This document shows, one piece after another, positions 14,991 through 36,730 of a stretch of 64,000 nt of DNA. A program made the position numbers and the translations under genes. Position 1 is the first letter of the stretch. Each line of letters starts with the position of its first letter. Location: assembly GCF_009914755.1 (NCBI RefSeq), contig NC_060931.1, one strand, 5' to 3'. This DNA is from the human T2T-CHM13v2.0 reference genome, Homo sapiens. Under the pieces are notes generated by a model. It did no database searches. It was not told where the DNA came from and saw only the letters and a list, made by a program, of their open reading frames with translations.

Positions 14991-16432
14991 GATATTATTA
15001 TATACTAATATACCTATACGAGACATAAAACTTGCCTAGGTAAGGAGTAGTCAGGGCTTTGCACCAGCAGCATCCCCGGAAAGAATGTGCAGTGATTTTT
15101 CAGGGCTCATGGTAGACTGACTCTCCAACAGCACTCACAGGATGCAGGGTAACATATTTATTTAAATAGAAAAATAAAGTCAGCTAATGGGTTTGATAAG
15201 GATATGGGCTCTACCATAAATATGACTTAAATTTGCAGCTACAATTTTAATGAAAATATATTTAAAGCACATAAACAAAACACTATGTGCTAGAAGTTCC
15301 ATTCTTTGCAATTAATAAATTTAGTATATAAAAATTTAGCATTTTAAAGTAAACATGCATAAAAGGGTCTTGGTTTAATTTTTTTTAGTTAAAATTTAGA
15401 AGCCATATGAGCAAAAATAGCTCATAATTGTCTTACAATTATGTGAGCTACTCAATATCCTTTTAAAAAGCAGAATAATATGCAGAGGTTAGGTAGCTGG
15501 GTGGCAGGTCCCAAATGCACAGCAAAGCTGGGTCAGCCAGGACCCTTTGAACACCACTGTCAAACAATCAAACTGAAGCTTCTGACCCAATACACAGTGG
15601 CACTGCTCACTGTGCCCTGGATGTCACCACAGGCATCAATGTCATGCTCCTTTATGAATTTGCTCTTGCTACAACTGGTATGACCATCAGAGTCGTTTCT
15701 CTACAGGATTTGCTGCTTTGCAGCACCCGCCCTCAATTCAATATCTGTGGTAGTCATAAGCAGAGCCTAGGCCTCTTTCACTGCAAGAAACATCAGAAAA
15801 AAGTGGCTGATATATTGAGCTCCATCACCAAAACTTGTAAAATAGGGAACTCTCAAGAAATAAAAAGACAGTACGGAGGTTAAGCAGCCAAAAAGCAATG
15901 ACTAATGTCCCCAACAAACAGCTGTCTTTAATAAGAATTATCTTTTTGTTTTCAAAAAATCTCTCTGCTGAGATTTTGTTTCAATTCACTGCATTATTTT
16001 GACAAGTTGGTGATTTTCAATTTAGTTTCTGGTGCATATGTTAAAATGCAGATCATTATTTTTGATCATGCCACATGCATGAAAAATTCCATTATGTGAG
16101 TAATTATCACATGGGGTAAAGACTTGGAAAAGTTCCTGCATATTCTTTTTGTTGTTATTTTTCATTTCTTTTCCTGCATATTCTTGACAGAAATTCTAAA
16201 AACAATAGGTAGTAGGGTAGGTAGGGAGGAAACAATACAGACTTTCTCTGAAGTCCTCTGAGGTTTTGTTATGTCTGTTTATTCTCAGTGCAAGAGGTCA
16301 AGTTCAGAAAAATGGAAGAATCATATCTCAAAGCTAGTCAAAAATGGGCATTATGAGAATACATGAGGCCGGTCAGAATGATGAATTGGTAATATAAAAG
16401 CTCTGGAAATCTCATTTGTTGACATTAGAAAA

Positions 16433-16630
16433 CAGCGGTCTGCAAACTTTCTGTAAAGAGCCCGATAATAAATATTTTAGGTCTTGTGGGCGTCTGTTGC
16501 AATTACTCAACTCTGCTGTTGTAGCCTCAAAGCAGCCATAGATGATATACAAATTAATGATTGTGGTTGTGTGCCAATAACATTTACTAACAGAATGATT
16601 TCCCCAAGGTTTGTAGTTTGCCAACCCCTG
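16433..16630. mobile_element. MER58A MITE, complete
   Basis: TIRs CAGCGGTCTGCAAAC / GTTTGCCAACCCCTG and an 8-bp TSD TTAGAAAA / TTAGAGAA. Confidence 0.85.
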
Positions 16631-17344
16631 TTAGAGAAAATAGTAATGATACAGATACTTAATATTGAAGAAATGGAAAAAATGCCACAGAGGCAGAAAA
16701 GTGTTGAATCTGTCTCTTCCTCTTTGTAAAGAGTTAGGCCCAGGAATCTGAGGAAACAGTCACAACTACTCAAATCTGAATAACCTTAAGTGATCCTCTG
16801 TCTATATATGTTGGTTATTTCTTGACACTACTGTGAATTTTTCCTGGGCAACAATCTCAATGGCAGTGCAGCACATTGGAGCTTGACTGTCTAGGTTTAA
16901 AGACTGGCTCTGTTAATTACCAACAAAATGAGTTCGGGCAAGAAACAAAACCTAGAGAAAAAAAGAGCAGAAACCACTGGAGTAACAGAGGTGTGGAACA
17001 CAGTAGGTACTTGACGAAGATGACTTAAGATTTATGTAAAGACTGAACATGTACCACTACTTGTCATGACAGTGGAGCATCCACTTTATAAGAATGACAG
17101 TATAATGAGAAAAACACACAAATATATTAAATAATACTTTGAAGAAACTCACCTTTTACTTAATGTCACCACAGAGGAAATTCTGGGTAGAAGTTTAGAA
17201 TTTACAAAGACTTTGTGCCACAGAAAAAGATGGCCATGAGCAATAGTACTTAAGTTGCTTAGAATGAATAAAAAATGTTCAAAACCTCCTATGTACAGTA
17301 TAGACACTTTACTTTTATCCAGGAAGACAATAAATTAAGAGGTT

Positions 17345-17935
17345 GCATATCTGTATCACTTTGTATTCCTTCCATAACAAATCGCCACAAACTTAGTGGC
17401 TTAAAACAACAAAACTTTATTAACTTACAGTTCTGTAAGTCTGATATGGGTCTGACTGGACTTAAATCAAGGTGTTAGTAGAATGTATGCCTCCAGAAGG
17501 AGGCTGTAGGGAAGAATCCATTTCCTGCTCACTTAGATTTTGGCAGAATTCAGTTTCTTGCTGTTGTAGGACCAAGGTCCCTGTTTTCTTGCTGGCTATA
17601 AACTAAGAGCTGTTCTCAGCTTCTAAAGATAACCACATTTCTTGGCTCATGGCCCTCTTCCTCCAACTTCAAAGCCCATCAACAGCAGGACAAGTCTTTT
17701 CATGTCACATCTCTCAGACCCACTCTTCTGATTCCCTCTTCCGCATTTAAGGACTCATGATTAGAGGGGGCCAGCTGAGTAATCCAGAATAACCTCACCA
17801 TCTCGAGGTCCTTACCTTCAATCACATTTGAAAAGTGCTGTTTGACATGTAAAGTAACAATCACAGTTCCCAGGGATTAGGATGTGGACATCTTTGGGGG
17901 TTGGGGGGGTAGGAGAGATTATTCTACCTTCCACA
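17345..17935 (-). mobile_element. MaLR LTR (MLT1D/E-like)
   Basis: CCACAAACTTAGTGGCTTAAAACAAC...GGATTAGGATGTGGACATCTTTGGGG. Confidence 0.8.
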
Positions 17936-18465
17936 ATATCTTAGTTGCCTTTCCTATTCTTCCCATTGGTAGTGACATCTGAAAAATGTCAACCTGCCTT
18001 TGAGTATTTGGACTCAAAGGTATACATATTCCTTCTGATTTCCGAAAAAGTCTACATACAATAGCAATGACGTATCCATGGATATGCGCTGATCATATGT
18101 ACATATAAACTCAAAATTTTGTCCTTCAAGTAGAACAGTTACTTTTATTATTAACTATTGTAAGAAGCACTGAACTAGAATCCAGGAGGCCTTGATTGTA
18201 GGTTCTACTATGTAACCCTAAAAGAGTCAATGAACTTATTTGGGATTCAGTTTCCTAATCCACATGACACAGAATGTAAATTTGAAAATTCTTAGGTTCC
18301 CTTTTAGCTCTAAATATCTGTGATCCATAGTCTGAAAGAAAAAGGGTGGAAGTGGGAGAGTCATTCTGATTTGTTACAAAAATGAAACAAAACTTATATA
18401 ATGAGAATTTATCAAAAATAAGGGAAAGCCTTGATTTTTTTCTGCCCCATATGTTTTTAATTTAA

Positions 18466-18600
18466 AATTTTTTTTTAATATTTAGGGGGTACAAGTGCAG
18501 CTTTCTTACATGCATATATGAAATCTGGGCTTTTAGTGCACCCATCACCTGAGTAGTGAGCATTGTACCCAATAAGTAATTTTCAACCCTTATTTGCTCC
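18466..18600 (-). mobile_element. L1PB/MA 3' end fragment
   Basis: GGGGGTACAAGTGCAG...CATTGTACCCAATA. Confidence 0.7.
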
Positions 18601-19405
18601 CCATGTGTTTTAATGTAATTTCAGGCATTTGCTTTCTATTGGTCACTCAAGGTTATTTATGTTTAGCTTTTGTCAATGTAATTCTTATACTTCACTCTCA
18701 CTATTCCATTTACATTTCTATATACCTTCTTACATTATTCATCTCTCATTGCCTAACCTCAGTATTTTTCTCCAAAAAAAAAAAATCAATAAATTAGCAT
18801 TGCTCTACCTTGCCATACAATGTCTGCAACAAGTCCAAATCAATCTGTTCCTTCTGTGTGGATTATAACATTAAGGAATGAATTCAGACTGAAGATCCTA
18901 GTGACCTAAGTAATTTCTGATATCAATATTATTTTCCAATTTTGGCATGCAAAAAATTCAATGGAAATGACAGTATAATTTTACCTGTATTGCAATCCAA
19001 GCTGCTAAAGACAATTTTTAAAAGCCAAGCAAAACAATAAAAAAGAAAGCAAATGTACTCAGCTTAAAATAAAGTTCCCTAATCTGGTTCACTATAGTGA
19101 TAACACATACATGGTAATTTATTTTTTAAAAAAAGATATTGAAAAATGATCAGGTATGGGTGCTCCATTTGGATTAGTCATATGCTGTATGTGCTATTTA
19201 AATAAAGCTGCCCAAGTTATACGAATTCAAGTACCCTTCTAGGGCAAAGTCAGAGGTGGAAGAACTGCCTACCTAAAGAATTACTTGGTGCTAAAGGACA
19301 GTATGAACCACAGAAGGAGATAAGTAAAACAGGGGCAGGATGACATTATTTAAACTCCAGATTCTCAGTGGAATACTAACATAGTCTGTTATGTTACAGT
19401 ATTGT

Positions 19406-19699
19406 CTTTTTTATTTTTTATTTTTGAGACAGGGTCTAGCTCTATCACCCAGGCTGGAGTGCAGTGAGAAGATCTTGGCTTACTGCAATCTTTGCCTCCT
19501 GGTCTCAAGGAATCCTCCCACTTCAGCCTCCTGAGTAGCTGGGACTACAGGTGCGCATCATCACGCCTGGCTAATTTTTTGTAGTGACAGGATTTCACCA
19601 CATTGCCCAGGCTGGTCTGGAACTCCTGAGCTCAAGTAATCTGCCTGCCTTGGCCTTCCAAAGTGCTGGGGTTAAAGGCATGAGCCACTACACCCAGCC
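19406..19699 (-). mobile_element. Alu (AluJ-like)
   Basis: Dimer with J-type CCTGAGCTCAAG. Confidence 0.92.
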
Positions 19700-20625
19700 G
19701 AGTACTGTTTTTTATAGTACACATGAGGTCACATGAGATTGTTAAACAGGAGAGTAATGTTAGAATAATAGGGAAAGTGGGTTGGTTCATACATAATTTT
19801 TCATAGCACTTTAATGCTTTGTAGTACAAAGACACAATAGCTGAAGTACAATTATTGCACTTAGTTTTGTGATTGAACCAGGCCTGGGGGAGTATAGCAC
19901 TCAAATGATGACCTTTCACGGTGTGGGACCCCATTCTTCCCTGGGCTTGGTTCAGCCATATGCTCCATTTTGATAGTGCTTATTTTGCAGCTCCCTCACA
20001 TCTTTGGGCAAAAGCGACATCAGACAACGAGTCAGAGCCATCCATCTCTGGCAACTCCACATTTCCTGCAAAGTTTGCAACTGCTTCTCCATCTGCTACT
20101 TCTGATGATCTCCCGCCCTTGTTTCCATCACTCATCAGTGTCTACCCTTCTGTAAACTGTCATTCTTTAAGCAACCTTCAACTTTTTTAAAAAGGTAAAA
20201 CTCTTTAAGTTAATATAACATTGCTTTATTTGTTAGGAGTTTTACACGTCCTTCTAAATGAACTACTATTTTCATTTCGGTTGTTATTGTCTGTTAATAC
20301 TACAGTTCAGTGGTTGCCAGACTTTGTTGTTTATTAGTTAACTACGGATGTTTTAGAATACTGAGGCCCAGCTGAACCTCATTCTATTTAACTCAGAATG
20401 TCTTGAGTGTGGGAGCCAGCTATCAGTTTTTAAAGATCATATCAGTAAGTAGCAAAGTTTGGGAACCACCGCTCAGTTGTTCAGAGTTTGAGAGGGCTTT
20501 CCCAGACTTATTTTTTCCTTAGGCTCTTATTTTAAGTGAGCCATTTTCTTAAAATGTGAAGATTTTCAGGAATGTATTATACACAGCATATTATAGCCAG
20601 AATGTTTTGTCATTTTTTGGCTTCT

Positions 20626-20967
20626 GCTGTGGTCTGGATACTGGTGTCCTCCAAAATTCATATGTTGGAACCTAATATCCAATATGATAGCATTAAGAGA
20701 TGGGGTCTTTTGGGAAGTAAGTCATAAGGACTCTGCCCTCATGAACAGGATTAGTGCCCTTACTGAAGAGGTTGAACGGAGCAGCCTTGCCCCCTTCTGC
20801 CATGTGAGGATGCAGCAAGAAAGTGTCATCTATAAGGAACAGGCCCTCATCAGACACAGAGTCTACTGTTGCTTTGATCTTGGATTTCTCAGCCTCCAGA
20901 ACTGTAAAAAATAAATTTTTGTTGTTTATAAATTACCAAGTCTAATGTATTTTGTTATAGCAGCCCA
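20626..20967 (+). mobile_element. MaLR LTR (MLT1A-like)
   Basis: CCAAAATTCATATGTTG...GCCTCCAGAACTGT...TTTGTTATAGCAGCCC. Confidence 0.85.
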
Positions 20968-21040
20968 GTTTCCAAAATAAAAATAATGTAAAGGGAGAGC
21001 AGGATTTGGGGAGTAAAAAATGGCTGGTAAAAAAAAAAAA

Positions 21041-21329
21041 ATTTTTTTTCTTTTTTTTTTTTTGAGACCAGTCTCAGTCTGTCGCCCAGACTGGAGTGCA
21101 GTAGCATGATCACGGCTCACTGGGCTTAAGTGATCCTCCCACTGCAGACTTCCAAGTAGCTGTGAATACAGGTGTGGGCCACCATGCACAGCTAATTTTT
21201 GTATTTTTAGTAGAGATGGGTTTTTCCCCATGTTTCCCAGGTTGGTCTTAACCTCCTGGGCTCAAGCAATCTGCCCACCTTGGCCTCCCAAAGTGCTGGG
21301 AATACAGGTGTGAGCCACTGCACCTGGTC
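21041..21329 (-). mobile_element. Alu (AluJ-like)
   Basis: Dimer with T tail. Confidence 0.92.
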
Positions 21330-21689
21330 TAAAAATTTTAATAATAAAAATCAATTTTAAAAATACCATAAAGAATGCATAAAAGCATACGTAAGTATTT
21401 TATTAATATATATTGCCCCTTATGAGGTGAAACAGAGGGCCTCCTGAGATATACCGGTTCTCCAGATCTTTAAGGTAAAGTATATGCCCGTGTAAGTATC
21501 ACCAGTATGTTCTGTGGCCTTGCCATTGGCTAGTGAGCAAAGTGTATCATGTTTACACAGTTCTACAGATTGGCCCCATCTACTTTGTTAACAAGCAGTC
21601 TTGCCTTTTCCTGTGTCTCCCTAATCTTGCTAACCTCTGATTCACCAACCACCATTACTATGCCACCTAGGATTTGCTGTCTGCCTCAT

Positions 21690-21989
21690 TTCTTTTCTTT
21701 TCCATTTTTAGATAGGGTTTCACTCTATTGCTCAAGCTGGAGGGCAGTAGCTCCAACATGGCTCTCTGCAGCCTCAACCTCCCTGGCTCAAGCTATCCTC
21801 CTGCCTCAGCCTCCCAAGTAGCTGGCACTACATGTGCATGACACCATGCTCAGCTAATTTTTTTTTTTTTTGGTGGAGATGGGGTTTTGCCATTTTGCCC
21901 AGGCTAGCCTCAAACTCCTGGACTCAAGCAATCTTCCTACCTCAGGCTCCCATAGTGCTGAAATTACACGTGAGCCACTGGGTCTGGCC
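21690..21989 (-). mobile_element. Alu (AluJ-like)
   Basis: Diverged dimer. Confidence 0.9.
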
Positions 21990-22177
21990 TCATCACCTTT
22001 CTTAAGCTCTGTCTTCAAATCACTTTTTTTCTGCCTCTCCATTCTTTTATTACTTATTAACCTCTGTGAGCACAGAATATGCCTCTCCATTCTTACTGCT
22101 ACAAATCAGAAACGCATATCTGAACTCCTGCTGGCCTTTTTATCTTCAGTTTTTACCTCCGCTAAATATTAATGTCA

Positions 22178-22478
<301 letters not shown>

Positions 22479-22739
22479 TTAATGTCAGGTCATTTTCCTA
22501 AAGTGTATTTGCACTTCTTCTCAAGCACTGATTTAAGTCTTACCTGTTTTGTAAAACCTCCCAAGATTTGAACTCATATCCATCTTTCCCTTCCTTAAGC
22601 ACTTAAAATGTGCACAGCTGAATCTATCCAATCATAAAAAATGGCCATGAACAAAACACCGTATTGGAATAAGCTTTGGGACTTTAAAAAAAAAAAAAAG
22701 GTTATTTATGGTATAGTCTATGTCCTTGAATAACAATGA

Positions 22740-22930
22740 GTACTCATTATATATCAGGCTCTTCAAGTATTACTTTTAGTTCCTCAACAATTAGATGTAG
22801 TTTTGTGTAGTTTTCCTCATTTTACAGATGGGGAAACAGGCACAGAAGGTTAAGTATGCTCAAAGTCAAACAAATAAAAATTCAGGCAGTTCATGAGTCA
22901 GTGTTCTTAATAATGATCCTAAACTGCTTC
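22740..22930. mobile_element. MIR
   Basis: CATTTTACAGATGGGGAAACAGGCACAGAAGGTTAAGT core. Confidence 0.75.
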
Positions 22931-23989
22931 TCAATTAACAAATCACTTATATTTGATCTTTTCCATCCCTTAAGTAATGGAGTTAAATCTACCTGTCTTT
23001 ATTACCCTAAATGAAAAAAGTAAGTAAAGCACTTTGTAATTTATAGTGTTAAATGAAGACTATCAATTACCTTTATTTGTAATTTGGAATATTCATTTTT
23101 TTCATGCAATAATTATTTCATTTTTATAAGTAAAGGTCTGTAACTATTCAGGAATTTCCTTGTAAGTAGAGACGCATGATCTACTTATGTCCTTTTCTGC
23201 CTAGGAGAACTCTAGTTAGATCTATTCAATATATATTACTGATTGGTTAACACCTTTGCAACTTGTAGGGAAGTAAAGCATAAACGCGTAAAAGGAAATA
23301 AAAGTTCTCATCACATAAGGTTAAAAATATTATTTTATTTTAAAAAACTGCTATTGTGATAGTTTTCCATAAACTATTCAGAGAAGCGCAAATTCAGTTT
23401 CCTAGGATTCTACTAGAAGTCTGATCCTTTAGGTTAAGGTTTTCTGCTCAAGATTTAGATTCAGAAGTAATGGAATAAAATTATCTATTACAAGCATACT
23501 TTGGTTGATACTTTATCAGTGATATAATGTCATTTAAATGAGCATTACTTTGAGAGGTTTCGACTTAAGGGGCAAGTTTCACTGTTAACTCTTAATTTTT
23601 TAGTAGTCAGATGTTTATGTGTATCAGTTTTCCCTTATTGGAGCTTTAATGTAATTCTTCTTTATGAGATGCTAAGGTTTCTACATTCATGTACTCCCAA
23701 GGGTACATGGCTAATATAGATAAATCACATATGTAATGTTTGCATCCAGATGTAATTCATTTTGTCTTAGTAAACCGACTTTTATTTATCCATAGGTTTT
23801 CTCGCTACATCTGTGATCCTTACAGACTACAGAAAATATAGCGATTTTAAGACACATGTAAAAAAGTTTCCAGCCAAAGAGATTTTGTGATGCTCCATAA
23901 ACACTGTTCATCTGTTATTTATCTGGCATATTAATTTAATGACAACTACACAGGGCAATAGACTTACAAAAGCACACTCTAAGGGATGA

Positions 23990-24305
<316 letters not shown>

Positions 24306-24329
24306 TCATTTTTATAAGATCACACAGAG

Positions 24330-24505
24330 GTTTTTTTGTTTGTTTGTTTTTGAAATGGAGTTTCGCTTTTGTCGCCCAGGCTGGAGTGGAATGGCGTGAT
24401 CTCAGCTCACTGTAACCTCCGCCTCCCGGGTTGAAGCAATTCTCCTGCCTCACCCTCCAGAGTAGCTGGGGTTACAGGAACCCACCAACATGCCCAGCAA
24501 TTTCT
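24330..24505 (-). mobile_element. Alu right arm (5'-truncated)
   Basis: Right monomer only, with a (TTTG)n tail. Confidence 0.9.
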
Positions 24506-25609
24506 TTTTTTAACAAAACTCCTAACACCTCGTTAATCATTAATTAGTCTTTGGGTTTTGGTTCAACACCTAACATTTGCAAATCACACAATTATCTTTG
24601 TTCTTTCATTAGCGGAAGACACTTTCATTTGTTACCCTGAGAATATGAGACATTCACAATCTAATTCCTGACTACATTTGATTTCAAACAGATAGGAATA
24701 AGTTCCAGAATATAAAATATTAACTATTTGGGAGTATCTTGTGGGTATGCTCTAATTAAGAAATGCTTCCTTTTCCGAGGAAAACTGCTGACATTGCAAG
24801 AGTTATTACAAAGCCACAAATCTTAAGAAAATACATGTTTAACTGAAATTATAAAGATATTTTGCAAAAAAGGGAAATCGCTCCTGCTGGTGTTTTGTGT
24901 ATAAATCTCTTTCTAACTTCAAGCTCTCTCAAGTTAGGGCAACAGTAAATGAAGTGGGAACAGTATCGCATTGGGAAATATCTGAAATGATACCTATGGG
25001 ACTATCTAACGAAACTGAGGCCCAGAAGAATTGAAGTGACCTGTGCAATGACACCAATTTGTTAGCAGAGCCAAGATTAGAACCAAGTTTGGTGCCTTCC
25101 TGCATCCTTCCTGCATCGGTCCTTTCTCGGTGCTGCAGCAGCCTTTTACTTACTAATTTCACCCTGAAGAAAGGTAGACCATCCTGGCGTGGCAGAAGCG
25201 TGGACATTCGTTTTCTAAGGGATGGTCACACACCTTTGCCTATTTGCATTTAGTTTCTTTAAAAAGTAAAAACACCTCCATTTTGGAACACTTTTAGAGA
25301 CAAAAGCAGAACATACGAAAGTGTATTTCACTGCTGAGTTCTTAAGAGGCGTACACCGTGTGGTTATAACGTGCGCAACTCTGTCCCGGGCAACTGAACT
25401 TATTTTTAGCGTTATTTTCGGCTTCTGCTGCAGAAAACTAGGGATTCAACTACCCGCACCTACGTTTCACACAACAGCACTCGTCTCTCTCCTTCACTCC
25501 TAATAAAAACACCTTACTTCGTTTATTCCTGCCTGCTCTACCTCGTCTCAACATTTTCTCTTGTTAACTTCCACCACACTGCCTTTTACTCGGATTGGAA
25601 ACCCACTCT

Positions 25610-25660
25610 CCCCCAACTTCTGTCTCATACCCCCAACTTCTGTCTCATACCCCCAACTTC
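25610..25660. repeat. 20-bp tandem repeat, 2.5 copies (CCCCCAACTTCTGTCTCATA)
   Basis: Perfect copies read directly, about 300 bp upstream of the LSM8 ATG. Confidence 0.95.
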
Positions 25661-25959
25661 AGGAAGCGTCTTCCTTTTTTCCGCCTCTCGTTCGCTTTTG
25701 TCTTACGAGGCTTCCGGAACACGGCCCAGAATTACAGAGAAAACACACTGCGCACGCGCACTCTCTCGTCACCGCTGTGCGGCTTCTGTTTGGTTGGCCA
25801 GTTCGTCCCAATTTCCGACTCACAGGGCTGCGGAGCAGCAACTCTCACGATATTTGCTGCGACCCGCAGGCGCTATCCGCTGCCGGGTTCTGGCGCGCCC
25901 TTTCAGTTCTGCTTGCTGTCGGCACCGCTGCGTTACCCGGAACCGCCGGGCCGAACAGC

Positions 25960-33738
<7,779 letters not shown>

Positions 33739-33866
33739 GGAAAAACTACATACTTGGACATCTGTAAATCTTTGTACAGAAACTGATTATTCTGAGGATG
33801 ATATATGGAGTTTTTATGAGTGTGTCACTGGATTTTGACTCCTTATTGATTCATTGTAATATGTAA

Positions 33867-33872
33867 ATTAAA
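33867..33872 (+). terminator. LSM8: Proximal LSM8 poly(A) signal ATTAAA
   Basis: About 130 nt after the stop codon, with upstream TGTA elements and a downstream T-rich tract near 33903. Confidence 0.65.
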
Positions 33873-34837
33873 ATATTTCTACATTTTATTGAAAAAAAAA
33901 CCTTTTTTTTTGCCTAAATATAAGTTTGGTAGCTTGGTTTCTTTTTTTTATTAAATAGTGTGAAAATATAATGGGCATTTTGAAAACTTTTAGAAAAAAG
34001 TAGTACTTTTTGATACTTTAGTATTTATGGAAACTAGTGGAAAAGAGAAATTAGTGTGCTATATAAATCAGGCATTCAAGTAACAGTAATACAGGATATA
34101 TGTGTTTTCTTTCCCTGATGTTTAGGAAAATCACAGGAGGGTAAATCTTTGCTGGAGTTATCTGAATCATTGGCATTTATCCGATTCCACTGGTGGTAGT
34201 TTGCTAGTGCTTCTAAAAGTTGCTCCCTAGCACTGAGAGGTGTGGGTAGGTAAAAATGTGTTTGCTTGAGAAAAGCAAAAATGCTAACAAGGTTTTGATA
34301 GATTGGCCCAAAATTCTAACTTGAATATTAAGAATGACTAGGAATGGTAGAATTGACAGAGATGATTAGTAAAGTCTCTTGATGCCCAATTGGTTAGGTA
34401 TGAAAGTAATATGAACACATTAATGTTGAATTTTACAGACAGTATATTTGAAAAAAATTGATTCCATGTAGTCTTCAATTTTTAATTTTTAAGAATTGGA
34501 GAATTTCTAATGTTAAAGTTAGTTTATAAATGTGAGTAAATAAACTCTAAGTTTGTATTGAAGTAGTGCTAGCTATTATTGTCAGCAATTTTCCATGATT
34601 CATTATCCATAAACCTGATTTCAGAAGACGTCAACTCAGTTTTTTAAATAATTGAAAGAAACAATGTAAGTAGTGTTTAGATATTCAGGCTAGTCCATAA
34701 AATTTCTGATCAACTCATGTATAGGCCCAAGTGTGTGTCTTTGTGATGAGAAGAACATAGAAAAATATTTACATCCTTGTAATTGAAACAAATTTAAATA
34801 GTTTATTTGTTTTGTTTTTATGAAAGTGCTTAAAAAT

Positions 34838-35050
34838 AGTAGTTGGCAAGCTTTTTCTATGAAGATCCAGATAGTCTTTTAGGCTTTGAAGGCCATGTGG
34901 TCTGTCACAGCTACTCACCTCTGCTATTGTGGCCTACAAATAACCATAGATAATACATAAATGAATAGTGGCTGTCTTCCAGTAAAACTTCATTTATAAA
35001 AATGGAGGTGGGGGTTGGATTGGGCTTGAAGGCATAGTTGCTGACCCTTG
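34838..35050. mobile_element. MER58A
   Basis: TTGGCAAGCTTTTTCT...TAGTTGCTGACCCTTG; similar to the copy at 16433. Confidence 0.75.
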
Positions 35051-36559
35051 GCTTAATACAAGTTCAATAAGAAAAAATGAACAATTTGTATAAATTCTGG
35101 AATAGATCCTTATAGAGAGTTTAGAGGTGGGTTTCATTCATATTTTAAAATATTTTAAACTTCATACTTATTAAACATAATAGCTTTTTGGGGGAGGAAA
35201 ATATCTTCACTCAAATCAGCCTTATAAGGGGAGAAGCACTATTCTCTAGAATTATTTGGTTGATGTTAAGGGCTGTCTCTGGGAGAATTAGAGAAGTTAG
35301 CTAGTATTGGCTATTCATAAGTACTTGACTTGTAGTATAATGTTTTATAATCAATTTATTAATAAAATGATGGAAAGTGGGTAAGGCAAACAGGCAAATT
35401 TAGGGACTGTGAATGAAATATTGTAGTATATGGCATTTTGAATTGGTAAAGTAATTCCAAAAATTAAATAAGAATACACATTGTTCAGTTGCTAAGAAAA
35501 ATGCATTCTAACAGTACAAATGAAGTCCAGAGTCAGATCTTTTCTCAAAATACTTGGCATATCAACACATTACACATAAACAAATAAAAACCAGTCCTGT
35601 CCCTCATGATAATGGGTTTCTAATGTGATGTATTCTTGCAATCTGAAACACCTTATAAAGCTGTATTTTCCTGATTGATGTTGGAAAAAGCATTCCCAAA
35701 ATGTGAATTATTGTTTTTATGAATAGTTACAGAGGATGTGATGACAATATGCCAGATAATCTATGTAATTCTTTATTCCTGGATACAAGCACATGGTGGA
35801 CTGTTTTCTCACAACCGATTAAAATTGGATTTATTTTTGCATGAGAATTGTAAGGGAGCCACAACCATGAGTAGTAACATAATTAATATACAGTGTCAAT
35901 ATTTTATATTTAATGAGACATTTATTCTATAATCAGTTCTTATTTATAAAGAGGCGCAAATCAATTTCAACCTGTAATTACCTCTGTGCTTTGTGACTCA
36001 GGCACAATCTAAACCCAGCTTAATGAATCAAAGAGATGTTTCTTGGCAAGATATTTTCATTAAAGTTATTTGGAAAGGGCAATTAACTGCAAAAGGGACT
36101 TTTTTTTTTTTAACTGACAAGATACTATCTAAACTAATAGTTTAAAATAACATTGCTTTTATGTCAAAGCACTTTGGTAACTTGGCCTCACATGCTGACA
36201 GTTTTGGCTAAATATTACAAATCTTGATCCCAGAAGAGCAAGAGAGAAAGTTTTACTAATATTTGCTTAAACATCCTGTTTAACAACTTTATAACATCCT
36301 TCGGAATTTTTAAGGTAATAATGTGAGATATAAGTATGATAAAAACAACTTTTAAATGGTATTTAATGCAAATACAGAATAACGATGTCAACATTTTCCT
36401 CAGCCGTGTAACCTGAGATTCATCATGGGAATGAGAAAGTAAAGGCCCTTTGTAATGGCATGTGAACCAGACAATTTAGTAGCCAGGGTTGTAAGGCAAC
36501 TCTTAACTGACAATATAGTTAGTATATTCTGGGCCTTCATCTTCAAAATTAGTAGGTAG

Positions 36560-36730
36560 TATTTATTGAGTGCATATCATGTGCCAGGCCTGGTGCTGAG
36601 TGCTTACAATGATCATTTTATATATGGGAAAATTGAGGCTCAGCAGGGTCAAGTGACTTGTAAGAGGTAGCACTAGTAAGTAACAGTGCTCAAATTCAAC
36701 TAGGTCTTTCAGCTTTTTATACAATACTGC
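36560..36730. mobile_element. MIR
   Basis: ATTTATTGAGTGC...GTGCCAGGC...AATTGAGGCTCAG...AAGTGACTTG. Confidence 0.75.

Noticed and set aside
25610-25660. CRISPR-like repeat array
   Set aside because: Contiguous tandem repeat with no spacers, in a eukaryotic context with no cas genes.
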